Part shown: positions 36,503-46,913 of the stretch, one piece after another | Numbering within the stretch: position 1 is the first letter of the stretch | Layout of the letters: each line of letters begins with the position of its first letter | IMG/VR virus record: IMGVR_UViG_3300027977_000009 | Origin: a virus | Direction: 5' to 3' (one strand) | Length of the DNA: 64,000 nucleotides | The notes under the pieces: model-generated | Seen by the model: only the letters and a program-made list of their open reading frames with translations | The model's database searches: none | Told to the model about the DNA's origin: nothing | Made by a program: the position numbers and the translations under genes

Positions 36503-36826
36503 TCAACGATGCGCCCGGACTTCGGCATCAGGATTACCCACACAAGCCTCCAGATAGTCCTCCACGAACGGAACGAAATGCTCATACATTCCCCAGCCGT
36601 TAGGCGCATTGAACTGCTTATAGTGTTCAGGTTCGGCCTTCAGCTTCTCCAGCCCCTCAGTCAGCGGCGCGATCAGTTGCTCGGCCTTTTCGATGCCAAT
36701 TTCTTCGGGACGCCACAGATGCATATAAATGCCCGCAGCTTCGGCCATCTTGTTCAGATTGTGGGTGATATTACGGCTGTACACTTCTGTGGGACGAACA
36801 GCAGTCAGATAAACATCCAGAGACAT
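36503..36826 (-). CDS. Phage hypothetical protein
   Basis: NITHNL..MA ... NGWG.Y. Confidence 0.75.
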   Translation of the reverse strand: MSLDVYLTAVRPTEVYSRNITHNLNKMAEAAGIYMHLWRPEEIGIEKAEQLIAPLTEGLEKLKAEPEHYKQFNAPNGWGMYEHFVPFVEDYLEACVGNPDAEVRAHR

Positions 36827-36890
36827 ATCATAAGTTCCTTTAATTGATCCTATAATTTAATATAGACTCTTTATGAGAATAAAGCAACTG

Positions 36891-37259
36891 TTATTCAGAG
36901 ACCCAAGCATTGCCAGAGACCCTAGCATTGCCAGAGACCCTAGCATTGCCAGAGACCCTAGCATAGCCAGAGACCCAAGCATTGCCAGAGACCCTAGCAT
37001 TGCCAAAGACCCAAGCATTGCCAAAGACCCAAGCATTGCCAGAGACCCTAGCATTGCCAGAGACCACAGCATCGTCATAGACCTTAGCATTGCCAGAGAC
37101 CCAAGCGTTCTCTTGGAGGTTCTCGAATTTTTCGATAAAGCCACCAAGATCACCAGCCTTAACATCATGAATAGGCATATCTACAAGCGCACGAATGCGA
37201 TGCAGGGTGGTACCGGTATGTTCGATGGTTTCATCGGTCAGTTCGTAGTTCATGATCAT
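36891..37259 (-). CDS. Hexapeptide-repeat (GNA[RW]V[SF]) left-handed beta-helix protein
   Basis: LHRIRAL..GDLGGFIE..NL followed by ~11 tandem 18-bp repeats. Confidence 0.8.
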   Translation of the reverse strand: MIMNYELTDETIEHTGTTLHRIRALVDMPIHDVKAGDLGGFIEKFENLQENAWVSGNAKVYDDAVVSGNARVSGNAWVFGNAWVFGNARVSGNAWVSGYARVSGNARVSGNARVSGNAWVSE

Positions 37260-37440
37260 TTCCTATTTCTCAGCTTATAATTTAATATAGCAAAATAGAT
37301 AGCCGAAGTCAACTTTTTTTTGCCAAAATAATAATTATTTTGGTTCAGGTTACCGCCCAAATCAGTAACCATTAGAATTCAGGAAATGCTGACTTTAGCT
37401 AATTCTTTTTCTCGAAATAACACTAATGGGTATATCACTT

Positions 37441-38025
37441 TTATCGAGAAACAAGAACCTTATCCGCTAGTCCAAACTCGACAGATGCTTGAGCGTCCAT
37501 ATAGTTGTCACGTGCCATAGCAATCTTAAGTTCTTCGACGGTCTTGCCAGTATTAGTTGCATAAATCTCAGTGAGAAGATTATTCAATCGAACCATTTCT
37601 TCCATTTGAATTTCAGCGTCCCATATCGTGCCACGAGAACCGCCGGACACAGAGTGCACCATGTGGCGAGCCCTAGGAAGAATGAATCTCTTTCCTTTGG
37701 TGCCGGAACTTGCTAGAAGTGATCCCATTGAACAGACACTTCCGATTGCGATAGTAGAAATGTCTGACTTGACAAATTGCATAGCATCAAGAATAGCTAA
37801 TCCAGCAGTCACCGAACCACCTGGGCTGTTGATGTAAAGTGAGATGTCGGCGGAGGGATTTTCTGATTCAAGATAGAGCAATTGCGCAACGATGAGATTA
37901 GCCATATAATCATTGACTTCCCCCTCTAAAAGAATCACCCGGTCCTTTAGTAATCGACTGTAGATATCCATTACTCTTTCGCCACGACTGGACTGTTCGA
38001 TTACCATTGGAACTAAGTTAGACAT
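37441..38025 (-). CDS. clpP: ATP-dependent Clp protease proteolytic subunit
   Basis: [32 protein letters not shown]. Confidence 0.95.
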   Translation of the reverse strand: MSNLVPMVIEQSSRGERVMDIYSRLLKDRVILLEGEVNDYMANLIVAQLLYLESENPSADISLYINSPGGSVTAGLAILDAMQFVKSDISTIAIGSVCSMGSLLASSGTKGKRFILPRARHMVHSVSGGSRGTIWDAEIQMEEMVRLNNLLTEIYATNTGKTVEELKIAMARDNYMDAQASVEFGLADKVLVSR

Positions 38026-38112
38026 ATTTTTTTTACCTTCATTGTTAATGTAAGTGTATGTTACTTCATCGCAACCACAATGTCAATGACTTTGGGATAA
38101 ACAAAAGTGTTA

Positions 38113-39660
38113 TTACTTTCGTAATGAACGTCCAACATTTCCCATAGTAGATATGCGCTTTTCTTTTGGCTTTTTTCTACCAAGGGCAATGTCGGCTGCT
38201 TGTTTGGTAAACTCAGATGAAGTGGGAATACGCTTTTCTCTACCTATCTCGGCATCTATAATAGGTTGATCTTTGGCTACGCCCTTGCCGCTGTCGATCT
38301 TAAATGTGAAGTTTCCCTTGATGCCTGTACTGTAATATGTCTTGCTTGCCGAAAGATAAACACCCTTGATACTATCACCTGGGTAGACTGTGTTGAATTC
38401 GTCAAGAGTCCATTGACCTTTGCTTTCTTTAGCTTTAGTATAAACCTGAATCAACGCCCCTTGATTGAGGATGTCTGCCGCAGCTTTGCTGAAGTCAGTT
38501 TTCTCGTTGACTTCCTCTGCTGCTTTATGGGCTACAGCAGCAAGCAAGAGATAGTAAAAATTAACTTTGTCTCTATCCAATGATTTTCTGGTCTGTGCTA
38601 GCTTTAGCAGATTGTCAGATAACCCGAGATTATCTAATTCACTCATTGTCAAAGGACTATCATTCTTGAGTGATAATATCATCCTAGCATCTGTTTCATC
38701 GATGATGTCAAATTTCAGTCCCAAATAGATAGGCGCGAGTGCTTGGCCCCGACGTTTTATCTCGCGTATAATCTCAATCGTGTCAGCATATTTTTCACGT
38801 AATTTATTGCCCCCTTCAGTCTGAGATAATTCGTCAACGCTGTTGATTAGATTAGTCGTACTCGCAGTAGCTCCTTTGCCACCTTTAGTACTGACCTTGA
38901 TCGACTTGCCTTCATCACTGGTCATGATGCTATCGCTTAGTCCAGCAGTTTTCGTAGAATCAAACGAGATAAGGGTGTTTTTAAAATTTCCATTTAGAAA
39001 AATTTCAGCAGCTTCTCCTGCATTACCTTCGTATTGCCCCATCTGCAATGCGATCGGCTGCAATATCTCACAAAAATAATCTCTAAATGCAGAGAAGCTA
39101 AGATTCTCGGGTGCGTCAAACGTCATCGGAAGGGGTTCACCTGCTACTAATCGGTATGTAACGTCATATAATATATTATCGGTACCCAATTTCTCGGCCA
39201 ATTGCTTAAGGATGTCGTTAGCAGTCAAATCATTTTTATTTGTCAATAGATCCTGAGGGCTCAAGCCAGCTTGAGCCTTCTCAGCCGATTTGCTAGCTAA
39301 TTTATAGTCTCCTACTAAATTGGGAACATAGTTGTCTGTGAAATTTGGCTTGATCTGTTCTAGATATCTACCGAAATACAAAGGACCGTCTGTACCGGTG
39401 AACGTAGCGAGCGCAAATCCTCCCATTCTAATAGTGCGAGTATTCATCCATTGAATATTATGATCAGTCTGACTATTGATATCTAACAACACATGATCTA
39501 ATTGTTCAGGAGTATATCTTCCGATTTTTTCTGGAAAGAACTCAAGTTTGTCAAATATGATTTCTTCGCCGGCTGAATTACGAAATACAGCACCGGCTTT
39601 CCTACCAGCAAGGCCAGTACTTTCGGCTAGAGTTTCAATTTTATCAAGAAGATCACGCAT
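38113..39660 (-). CDS. Large late hypothetical protein (probable head-packaged)
   Basis: ATAAATA upstream on minus strand; leader MRDLLDKIETLAE. Confidence 0.7.
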   Translation of the reverse strand: MRDLLDKIETLAESTGLAGRKAGAVFRNSAGEEIIFDKLEFFPEKIGRYTPEQLDHVLLDINSQTDHNIQWMNTRTIRMGGFALATFTGTDGPLYFGRYLEQIKPNFTDNYVPNLVGDYKLASKSAEKAQAGLSPQDLLTNKNDLTANDILKQLAEKLGTDNILYDVTYRLVAGEPLPMTFDAPENLSFSAFRDYFCEILQPIALQMGQYEGNAGEAAEIFLNGNFKNTLISFDSTKTAGLSDSIMTSDEGKSIKVSTKGGKGATASTTNLINSVDELSQTEGGNKLREKYADTIEIIREIKRRGQALAPIYLGLKFDIIDETDARMILSLKNDSPLTMSELDNLGLSDNLLKLAQTRKSLDRDKVNFYYLLLAAVAHKAAEEVNEKTDFSKAAADILNQGALIQVYTKAKESKGQWTLDEFNTVYPGDSIKGVYLSASKTYYSTGIKGNFTFKIDSGKGVAKDQPIIDAEIGREKRIPTSSEFTKQAADIALGRKKPKEKRISTMGNVGRSLRK

Positions 39661-39728
39661 GAAGTATTTATTCTAATCAAATATTAAACAATCATAAATA
39701 CTAGCAGAATATCAACAATAGGAGATTC

Positions 39729-39923
39729 ATGATGTTATTTTTGAAAAAGCTGCTAACTAAATTTACGGCTACTGTTGCTTCCGCAAAAGTTGAACCCGTA
39801 ACTGAAGTAAACGAGCCTGCAACAGTAGAAGAAGTAGAACCCGCGCAAGAAAAAACGAAAACTAAGAAAGCAACAGGTAAAAAAACAACCAGTCGTAAGC
39901 CAAAGTTAAACATAGCTAAATAA
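39729..39923 (+). CDS. Small Lys/Glu-rich protein
   Basis: Late promoter and AGGAG RBS. Confidence 0.55.
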   Translation: MMLFLKKLLTKFTATVASAKVEPVTEVNEPATVEEVEPAQEKTKTKKATGKKTTSRKPKLNIAK

Positions 39924-39933
39924 AATATATTTT

Positions 39934-40632
39934 ATGCAAGACATTGGCTTTGACATAATAGGCGACCTGCATCTTGCGCCCGATGACCATTTTAATTGGG
40001 AAAACAAAGCGACCAGTTTGTATTGTATTATAGCAGGTAATGTTAGTTCTGATCTACGAACGATCATACAAACACTCTCTCATCTTAGCAGATTTTACCA
40101 AGGCGTGTTTTATGTTCCTGGTCCACTCGAATATGTTGATGCAGTCGATATTTCTACTAAAACAAAAGAACTTATTGCTATTGCAGGTAGTATTCCTAAT
40201 ATCTGTTTGTTGCATCAACAAGTAGCTATTATTGATGGTATTGCCTTGCTAGGCTCGAATGGCTGGGCCGATTCGGGAGACACATCAACGATCGGAGAAA
40301 CAGTAAGAACGGTAGCCAGAGACGAAGATATGTTCTATCTTCGCAAGTCGATTGAAAAACTGCAAAAACACTTAGATGTCAAAAACATAATAGTGATATC
40401 GAATGCGGTACCGTTGGAAGAACTTTATTTTGGTGAGGCTCCTCACCAAATGAATGATCAAATACCTCTTAAAGAGGTACTAGGTAGCGATACTGAACAT
40501 AAAGTCACTCACTGGGTATTTGGTACTTACCGCAAAACTGTTGATACCTATATCAATGATATCAACTTTGTCAATAATCCTTATTTAAGTAAGAATCCCT
40601 ATTGGGCAAAAAGAATCACATTAGTTGTGTGA
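39934..40632 (+). CDS. Metallophosphoesterase-fold protein (degenerate motifs)
   Basis: IGDLHL, IIAGNV, YVPGPLEY, HWVFG. Confidence 0.65.
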   Translation: MQDIGFDIIGDLHLAPDDHFNWENKATSLYCIIAGNVSSDLRTIIQTLSHLSRFYQGVFYVPGPLEYVDAVDISTKTKELIAIAGSIPNICLLHQQVAIIDGIALLGSNGWADSGDTSTIGETVRTVARDEDMFYLRKSIEKLQKHLDVKNIIVISNAVPLEELYFGEAPHQMNDQIPLKEVLGSDTEHKVTHWVFGTYRKTVDTYINDINFVNNPYLSKNPYWAKRITLVV

Positions 40633-40680
40633 GTCATCATGAAAGAGGCATTCTGTCGCTACAACAAATCTATAAGAATT

Positions 40681-40711
40681 TGCGGCTCTGAATTTTAGAC
40701 TCAGAGCCGCA
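40681..40711. terminator. Hairpin between convergent genes
   Basis: TGCGGCTCTGA / TCAGAGCCGCA. Confidence 0.6.
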
Positions 40712-40716
40712 ATATA

Positions 40717-41025
40717 CTAACTGTCGGCTTCAACCTTAACTTGAAGCGGATACCCTTGGGCACGAGCATCAAGCGTAACTTCAATGCCGCGCTGTTCCGC
40801 AATCTCATAAGGTAGAACAGCAACGATTGCACTGCCCTTTTCATGTATTTCAGTCGTGATGTGACTAGCAGTATCTGGGTTATAATTGAAATAGTCTATC
40901 AGTGACCCGACCACAAATTCCATCGAGGTCACCTCATCGTTGATGTAGATGATCCTAAAAAGCGGCGGCTCCTTTAAGGCAATATTAGGCTTGATCTTGC
41001 TACGGGTATCTGTGTTCGCTGACAT
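40717..41025 (-). CDS. clpS: Clp protease adaptor ClpS
   Basis: PPLFRIIYINDEVTSMEFV ... EIAE ... GYPL. Confidence 0.9.
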   Translation of the reverse strand: MSANTDTRSKIKPNIALKEPPLFRIIYINDEVTSMEFVVGSLIDYFNYNPDTASHITTEIHEKGSAIVAVLPYEIAEQRGIEVTLDARAQGYPLQVKVEADS

Positions 41026-41089
41026 TATTATCTTCCTTTAAATGTGCTAGCAGTCAATGACTGCTAGCACGGTTGTTGTGTGTAGTATA

Positions 41090-41548
41090 TTATTTCTGCT
41101 GTATAGGTATATTCTTTGGTTTTTGCTCTTCAGGTATTTCACGCTTCAAGTTTATATTGAGGATGCCGTGTTCTGCTTCCGCACTTATCACTTCAACATG
41201 TTCTGCAATCGTAAAAGTACGAACAAAGTTACGCGCCGAAATACCCCGGTGCAAGTATTCAGTTTCTTTTTCTAAATCATCTAGGGGTTGACGTTGCTCG
41301 CCCTTGATTGTAAGAATTTTCTTCTCTAGCGTGATGGAAACATCTTCTGGCGTAAATCCTGCAATAGCTAGCGCGATAGAAAAGTGATCTTCATCGTGCT
41401 TTATGATATTATATGGAGGGTAGTTGGGAGCATTTGCTTGTTGTGCATTGATTCGCGATAGTTCATCAAAGATGTTATCAAATCCAATTCCAAATTTATG
41501 CAAGTTCGGAATATCCAAAGAACGAAGGGTTAGTTGTGAATTAGTCAT
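41090..41548 (-). CDS. ibpA: Small heat-shock protein (Hsp20/IbpA)
   Basis: NYPPYNI, LAIAGF, YLHRGISARNF, IPEEQKP. Confidence 0.92.
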   Translation of the reverse strand: MTNSQLTLRSLDIPNLHKFGIGFDNIFDELSRINAQQANAPNYPPYNIIKHDEDHFSIALAIAGFTPEDVSITLEKKILTIKGEQRQPLDDLEKETEYLHRGISARNFVRTFTIAEHVEVISAEAEHGILNINLKREIPEEQKPKNIPIQQK

Positions 41549-41668
41549 ATTATTTCTCCTTTAAGCAAATAATGACAGTAGAGCCTTTAAAAGCACCCTA
41601 CTGTGTTATTTATACAAGAAATTTCGGTAGTTGTAAAGTATTTTGGGTCAAGTTATTTGCTTTTCGAG

Positions 41669-42886
41669 TCAAACACCAGTTTTAGGTAAAAGATATTTTG
41701 CTATTACTAAACTAGGATCCTTGATGTGTTCAGTAGTGATTATTAATTCAGTGACCCCGTGTTCTCTAAACTTGCTAACGTGGAACATCGCTGGCATCAA
41801 TACTCGCTCTATCTCAGTATGAAGACCACGCGCCCCAACGTTTAACTCTATACACCGCTGCGCAAGCTGTGCTATAGCTTCGTCAGTGAAAGACAATTTA
41901 ATGTTGTCTATCTTAAATAGATGCGTGAATTGGTCGATAAAATTGTTTTTTACTGAGGTCAGTACCAAAATCAATTCGTCTACTGTAAGTTCGTTCAATG
42001 CAACAGTCGTAGTGAATCTGCCGATAAATTCAGGAATCATTCCAAATTTGATCAGATCATCTGGAGTGACAGCACTACTTTTCTTATCCTTAGTCTTTAT
42101 ATTTTGCACGAACCCGATCGAAGCACCCTGAATTCTATTTTTGATTATAAGATCAAGGCCCGTAAAGGCGCCTCCGGCAATAAAGAGAATATTTTTAGTG
42201 TCGACCTCAATCATATCTCCTTGTGGATTCTTGCGTTTGCCGGTTACTGGCACACGGCACGTCGTCCCTTCGATCATCTTCAATAGTGCTTGCTGAACGC
42301 CTTCTCCGCTTACGTCGCGCGTAACAGAAGCATTTTCACTTTTACGTGACACCTTGTCAATCTCATCTATGAAGACGATACCTCTCTCTGCTAATGCAAC
42401 ATCACCGCCTGCACTAGCCAAGAGCATACTAATCATACTTTCTACGTCTTCGCCAACATACCCTGATTCAGTTAAACTAGTCGCGTCAGCAACCACGAAC
42501 GGAACACTTAGATACTTCGCAACTGCTCGGGCGATCAAGGTCTTGCCGGATCCTGTAGGACCAACAAGCAATACATTTCCTTTTCGAATCTCTAGGTCGG
42601 TTGACGGATATGTGATTCTTTTATAATGATTAGCTATAGCAACTGCCAACACTTCTTTAGCAGCGTCTTGGCCAATAACATGTTGATCTAAATGTTTCTT
42701 AATACTATATGCATCAAAACTTTCAGGTTCAGCGGCTACTGGTTCCTCTGCTTGCTCGTTGATAACAAGTTGGTTACATAATGCAATGCAATCGCTGCAT
42801 ATAGCCGCGTCGTCGCCCACAATCAATTTAGTTACATTGTCTTTGTGCGTCCCGCAGAAAGAACAATACTGAAGTTTATCTGGCAT
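41669..42886 (-). CDS. clpX: ATP-dependent Clp protease ATPase subunit
   Basis: CSFCG Zn finger, GPTGSGKT, GYVGEDVE, RDVSGEGVQQALLK, IGF loop. Confidence 0.95.
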   Translation of the reverse strand: MPDKLQYCSFCGTHKDNVTKLIVGDDAAICSDCIALCNQLVINEQAEEPVAAEPESFDAYSIKKHLDQHVIGQDAAKEVLAVAIANHYKRITYPSTDLEIRKGNVLLVGPTGSGKTLIARAVAKYLSVPFVVADATSLTESGYVGEDVESMISMLLASAGGDVALAERGIVFIDEIDKVSRKSENASVTRDVSGEGVQQALLKMIEGTTCRVPVTGKRKNPQGDMIEVDTKNILFIAGGAFTGLDLIIKNRIQGASIGFVQNIKTKDKKSSAVTPDDLIKFGMIPEFIGRFTTTVALNELTVDELILVLTSVKNNFIDQFTHLFKIDNIKLSFTDEAIAQLAQRCIELNVGARGLHTEIERVLMPAMFHVSKFREHGVTELIITTEHIKDPSLVIAKYLLPKTGV

Positions 42887-42919
42887 TATTTTACTCTACT
42901 CTTTGATGACTGAAACTGC

Positions 42920-44467
42920 CTAGGTATCTTTTTTGATGTATTCTTCTATTTGTAACTTTTCGTTTTCGGTCAGCAAGTCAACATCATATTCGCCTCGTTC
43001 GATTTGGGCAATAAGGTGTTTTATATAAGCATCATCATACAAATAAGAATCAGATTGTTCTTTGTTAATTTCTATCCATTTATAGCTATCAAACTTATAA
43101 ACACGATTCGGTAACATATCTACACGCACAAACACGTCTCCTTTTTGTGCAATCTTGGGAAACTGTGTTCCAAAATTAGTATTGATAGGATGATCTATAT
43201 CCGCAACAATGGCAAATAAATCAGGGCGCATCGTCTTTAGTGCTGCTGTACTCATAGATTTTCCGTCATATTCTACATAGTCACCACCGGTAGACCGTAA
43301 AGTTACCCCTTCAGTCTTGATGCTGGGTTCTGCTAGTCTATGTCGTTTTTCAGTTTCGTTTTTAGGCTCACCCAATCGTTCCACATCTTTACCTGAGACG
43401 GCCAAAGATGTTTCGTCAGGCTCTTCTCTAATTGGTTCATCGAAATCAACAGGTAGCGCTTCATTGCGCTCTGGTATAGGTTTAGCATCATTGTATGCAT
43501 CCTCTGCATAAGGGAAAATATCGTTTATAATTAATACCGGCTCTGGTATTAATTCTATCTCGGTTGTTTTTAGAAGTTCGTGTTCTAGTGATTCCGTTTT
43601 TTCTTCCTTCGGAACAACATCCTCCTGAACTTTAGGTTTAGACTGTTCTGCGGATGGCAAAACTTCTATACTATCTGTGGATTTATCTTCATTTTGATTT
43701 TTTGCTAAATCTTCATTTAACCATTTATAGCTGCTCTGTGCAGCTACCATAAGTGCAAGCGCCAGTGGATCAAACACTAGTACGAGAAGAATGATAACCC
43801 AACGTACCGCGCGTTCTAATAAATTAGTATCTGGGTCGTCACCGTATATCATTGCGGCGATGTACTTGATCGGACCTATTTCGGCCTCAACTTTGCGAAT
43901 CTCGGCACGAATGGGCGCAACTTCTTCGTTAAGTTTTGCTATTTCAGCTTGTTCAGCTTCTATCTCTTGTATTAATCGATTGCGTTCGGTGGCTTGTTGC
44001 CTACGAACCTGAATCGCACGATTAGCACCCCTGTCATCGTCGGTTCTACCCAATAACTGATCAACCTGACTGTTCATTTGCTCAAGAGCCTTTTGGCTCA
44101 TGGCAATGTTTTCGCGCGAAATCTTGATCTTTTCATCAACTAGCTCAACTTTAGCAGCGGTGTCGCCACTTACTAAAGTCTGGTCACTGTGAGCCTTTGC
44201 CAAATATCCATATGTCCCCATAGAGGTGATTAGCATCAATGACACAACTGCCAGCACTAGATACGATTTCAGCGCCCATCCGGCTTTGGTCCAGTATTTG
44301 TGAAGCCATACCACCGCCGTGATTTTACCTAACTCTAATGCACTTCCCATAACCATCACTGGCACTGCTGCCGCTGAAAAGATGACGGCCAAACCAGTGA
44401 TGGAATAGAAAGCACTAATTGCGGAAATAAACAGGGCAACTAGCAGTACGATGGCATTAAATATCAT
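42920..44467 (-). CDS. Membrane-anchored coiled-coil protein
   Basis: Several TM segments; GPIKYIA; VFDPLA; likely ATG start at 44467. Confidence 0.75.
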   Translation of the reverse strand: MIFNAIVLLVALFISAISAFYSITGLAVIFSAAAVPVMVMGSALELGKITAVVWLHKYWTKAGWALKSYLVLAVVSLMLITSMGTYGYLAKAHSDQTLVSGDTAAKVELVDEKIKISRENIAMSQKALEQMNSQVDQLLGRTDDDRGANRAIQVRRQQATERNRLIQEIEAEQAEIAKLNEEVAPIRAEIRKVEAEIGPIKYIAAMIYGDDPDTNLLERAVRWVIILLVLVFDPLALALMVAAQSSYKWLNEDLAKNQNEDKSTDSIEVLPSAEQSKPKVQEDVVPKEEKTESLEHELLKTTEIELIPEPVLIINDIFPYAEDAYNDAKPIPERNEALPVDFDEPIREEPDETSLAVSGKDVERLGEPKNETEKRHRLAEPSIKTEGVTLRSTGGDYVEYDGKSMSTAALKTMRPDLFAIVADIDHPINTNFGTQFPKIAQKGDVFVRVDMLPNRVYKFDSYKWIEINKEQSDSYLYDDAYIKHLIAQIERGEYDVDLLTENEKLQIEEYIKKDT

Positions 44468-44588
44468 TTGTGTTTTCCCTGCTGGAGCAACGATATCCAA
44501 ATTTTGGATAGGTCACGGCCATAGTGAGGGATCCTACATACCATTTGTCTGTAGATAGGCGAGTCCATTTGTATGCATAAAGTGTCAT
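44457..44588 (-). pseudogene. N-terminal remnant of a GIY-YIG/Seg-like endonuclease
   Basis: MTLYAYKWTRLSTDKWYVGS...GYRCSS then stop. Confidence 0.5.
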
Positions 44589-44623
44589 TAGCTATTTAGT
44601 CTAATTTTCTGTTTCTGTTGGAT

Positions 44624-44866
44624 TTAAAACAGATGACCATATGTAATATGAAATTCGTCGAGCATCATCAACAACTTTCTGGGAATACCCGGTCCTTGCT
44701 GAACATGATATGTTACCCATGGACCAGTCTCTCTACGTTTGATCTGCACGATCTCAATACTGTCACCGTCTTCGAAAACATATTTCTTACCGACCATCTT
44801 TTGAAGTTCTAGGTAATCGACTGGATCTTCTTCCCAACCTTCTATATTGTCAGTGTTCTCGTTCAT
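44624..44866 (-). CDS. Hypothetical protein
   Basis: Operon-packed ORF. Confidence 0.65.
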   Translation of the reverse strand: MNENTDNIEGWEEDPVDYLELQKMVGKKYVFEDGDSIEIVQIKRRETGPWVTYHVQQGPGIPRKLLMMLDEFHITYGHLF

Positions 44867-45042
44867 TCTTCGTCACCAAACAAAAACTCCTTCATGCGTA
44901 TCTGGGTAACCGCTTCATCCTTCATAGCACAATCAAAGCAGATTTCTTCATGATTGATGCCAAACGGTCGAGTCTCTGCAATAATACCACAACCTTCGCA
45001 GCGTTGAGGTAGTTCTTCGAAAATAATATTTAAACCAGACAT
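44863..45042 (-). CDS. Small Zn-finger protein
   Basis: CEGCG...TRPFG...ICFDC; GAGG RBS. Confidence 0.55.
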   Translation of the reverse strand: MSGLNIIFEELPQRCEGCGIIAETRPFGINHEEICFDCAMKDEAVTQIRMKEFLFGDEE

Positions 45043-45051
45043 TTTAGTTCC

Positions 45052-46014
45052 TCACTTGTCATATCGAAATGATTTAAATCTAGGAAAACGTAGACTATAA
45101 GTGCCGTTTTGATTAAGAGTTATCGCATCTGCCATAATTACCACCGATCGCCCGATCAGATCGTTTCGGTTATCCCAATATTCTTGTCGTTCAGCATCAG
45201 TAAACCCGCTACCCACATTGACTACAATGTGTTTTCCGTCGTCCATTCCTTCACAGACCAATGCTCCCATTCTGTCCTTGTTCTTTCCGGTACCGGATTC
45301 CACACCGATTACAGTGAGGTCGTAATCATGCACGGGCTTGTACTTCATCCAGGCGGTGTTACGCTTACATTCATACGAGGTCGCAAGATCCTTGATCATG
45401 ATGCCCTCAAATCCAGCAGTAACCATATCTTTTGCATAACGATCAAGCTGATTTCTGCCCTCGAGTGTAGTAAGATCAACAAGTAGATGTGGAAGTAATT
45501 CTAGGTTGGACATCTTGTCAATGGCAGACTTCATTGCGTCAAGCAATGCGAGACGTTTGGTCAGGGATGCGTTCCAGTATCCCCTGCTAAAATCAAGAAT
45601 AGGAATAATGTCAAATACGTGAAACACACTGTCCTCGCTCGCAACATTTTCTTTACGACGAGCCTGGCGCATCAGTTCTTGAAAACTATTACCCACAACT
45701 TCACCATCAAGCACAAATCCAAGAGTTAGGTCTGCCCCAAGGCCTCCTACCTCATGCCTAGCAGCAATCATTTCAGGTAAGTTATCAAGTACTTGTTTTT
45801 CGATGTGGTTAAAGTTTTCAAATACCTTACCATTACGGCTATAGCATGTGACATGTGCCCCGCTGTCAAGAACTTGCACTACTAGTAGAACACGGCAGTT
45901 GTGGACTAGCACCCCATTTGCAAAAAAGTTTTCGGTATTCTTTACTTGTATGTCATACCGTGCCATTTTGGTTGGAGGTAGTTTTTTAATACTTTTGATT
46001 TTTAGGGTGGTCAT
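45052..46014 (-). CDS. lig: ATP-dependent DNA ligase C-terminal part, preceded by split C-intein
   Basis: YDIQV..NFFANGVLVHN/C intein end; LDGEV, FEGIMIK, WMKYKP, GSGF, SLRFPRF. Confidence 0.92.
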   Translation of the reverse strand: MTTLKIKSIKKLPPTKMARYDIQVKNTENFFANGVLVHNCRVLLVVQVLDSGAHVTCYSRNGKVFENFNHIEKQVLDNLPEMIAARHEVGGLGADLTLGFVLDGEVVGNSFQELMRQARRKENVASEDSVFHVFDIIPILDFSRGYWNASLTKRLALLDAMKSAIDKMSNLELLPHLLVDLTTLEGRNQLDRYAKDMVTAGFEGIMIKDLATSYECKRNTAWMKYKPVHDYDLTVIGVESGTGKNKDRMGALVCEGMDDGKHIVVNVGSGFTDAERQEYWDNRNDLIGRSVVIMADAITLNQNGTYSLRFPRFKSFRYDK

Positions 46015-46865
46015 GTCAATCTTTCAGTTAGCATTAGTTTGATGTCTTCAAAGTGATATTTGATATCATATTCCCAAATTACAATTATGTCAACCCCAAA
46101 ATAGCGGATATGGTTATTTCGTATTTCATCACCTAACCAGACCTCAGCGGCCGTACACGGACCGTCAAAAAACACGACAACATCAGACTCGTGGTATATT
46201 CTTGGATTCATGTGCCATCTATCACCGAATATTTCTATTACGACATTTTTATCAGGAATAAAAATATCAGGGATAGGTGAATACGTTCTTTTTAACTCGT
46301 CATTAAATTTTCTAAATAGACCAGCTTTGTCATTGTCGTGTTCTATAGTCAGAGTATGTAGGAAATCTGATATTTTTTTGTGAGGTTTAGAGAATCTCCC
46401 ATTGTTTTTGGTATACTATGGCAGTTCAACTGGGTTAAGAACTCCGTATTTTTTATATAGGGTTTCTTTTGATTTTTGCTTTACTTCTTCTCGTTGAAAC
46501 GGATTTATTACTCCATACCTATCTAAGTTTGTATTATTTTTCTTTTCTTTGATTAGTTTGGATTGAGATACATTGGTTATTCCATGACCATATGTTTTTT
46601 CTACAGTAGACTTATACAAATCTCGTGTTATTCTACTGTTTGCAGTATCTTTTAAACTGGGTATTTTAATACCGTGGTGCTTGCAGGTTGTAGATATCAT
46701 GTCATATGATATTTTCTCTCCGAATAAGGTCAACGAATTCTTGGATAGGTACAAGATAGAATATCCTGCTAGTATCATATCACTGATCTTATCCTTATAC
46801 TGTTCACCTATTAGGTGATAGTCAATGTTCCTCACTATTTTTCCACATATATGACATACCGGCAT
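46011..46865 (-). pseudogene. Free-standing Vsr/DUF559-like endonuclease with one in-frame TAG (46416-46418)
   Basis: YGV.NP repeats; after the TAG the frame stays open through PDIFIP..VIEIFGDRWH ... IIVIWE. Confidence 0.75.
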
Positions 46866-46913
46866 AATAATCTCCTATAATAGTTATTTATGCCTGTAGC
46901 AGAAATTAGATGG

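Noticed and set aside
35529-37280. Leu-rich ORF 35529-35888 and the RDPSIA / MLGSLA repeat ORFs
   Set aside because: Alternative frames of tandem repeats; the Ala-rich and GNARVS frames have the coherent protein context.
46416-46418. Genome-wide TAG recoding
   Set aside because: Many genes end in TAG at sensible positions (e.g. 3069, 7319, 21091, 26479, 34309), conserved genes are not fragmented, and no CUA tRNA is present.
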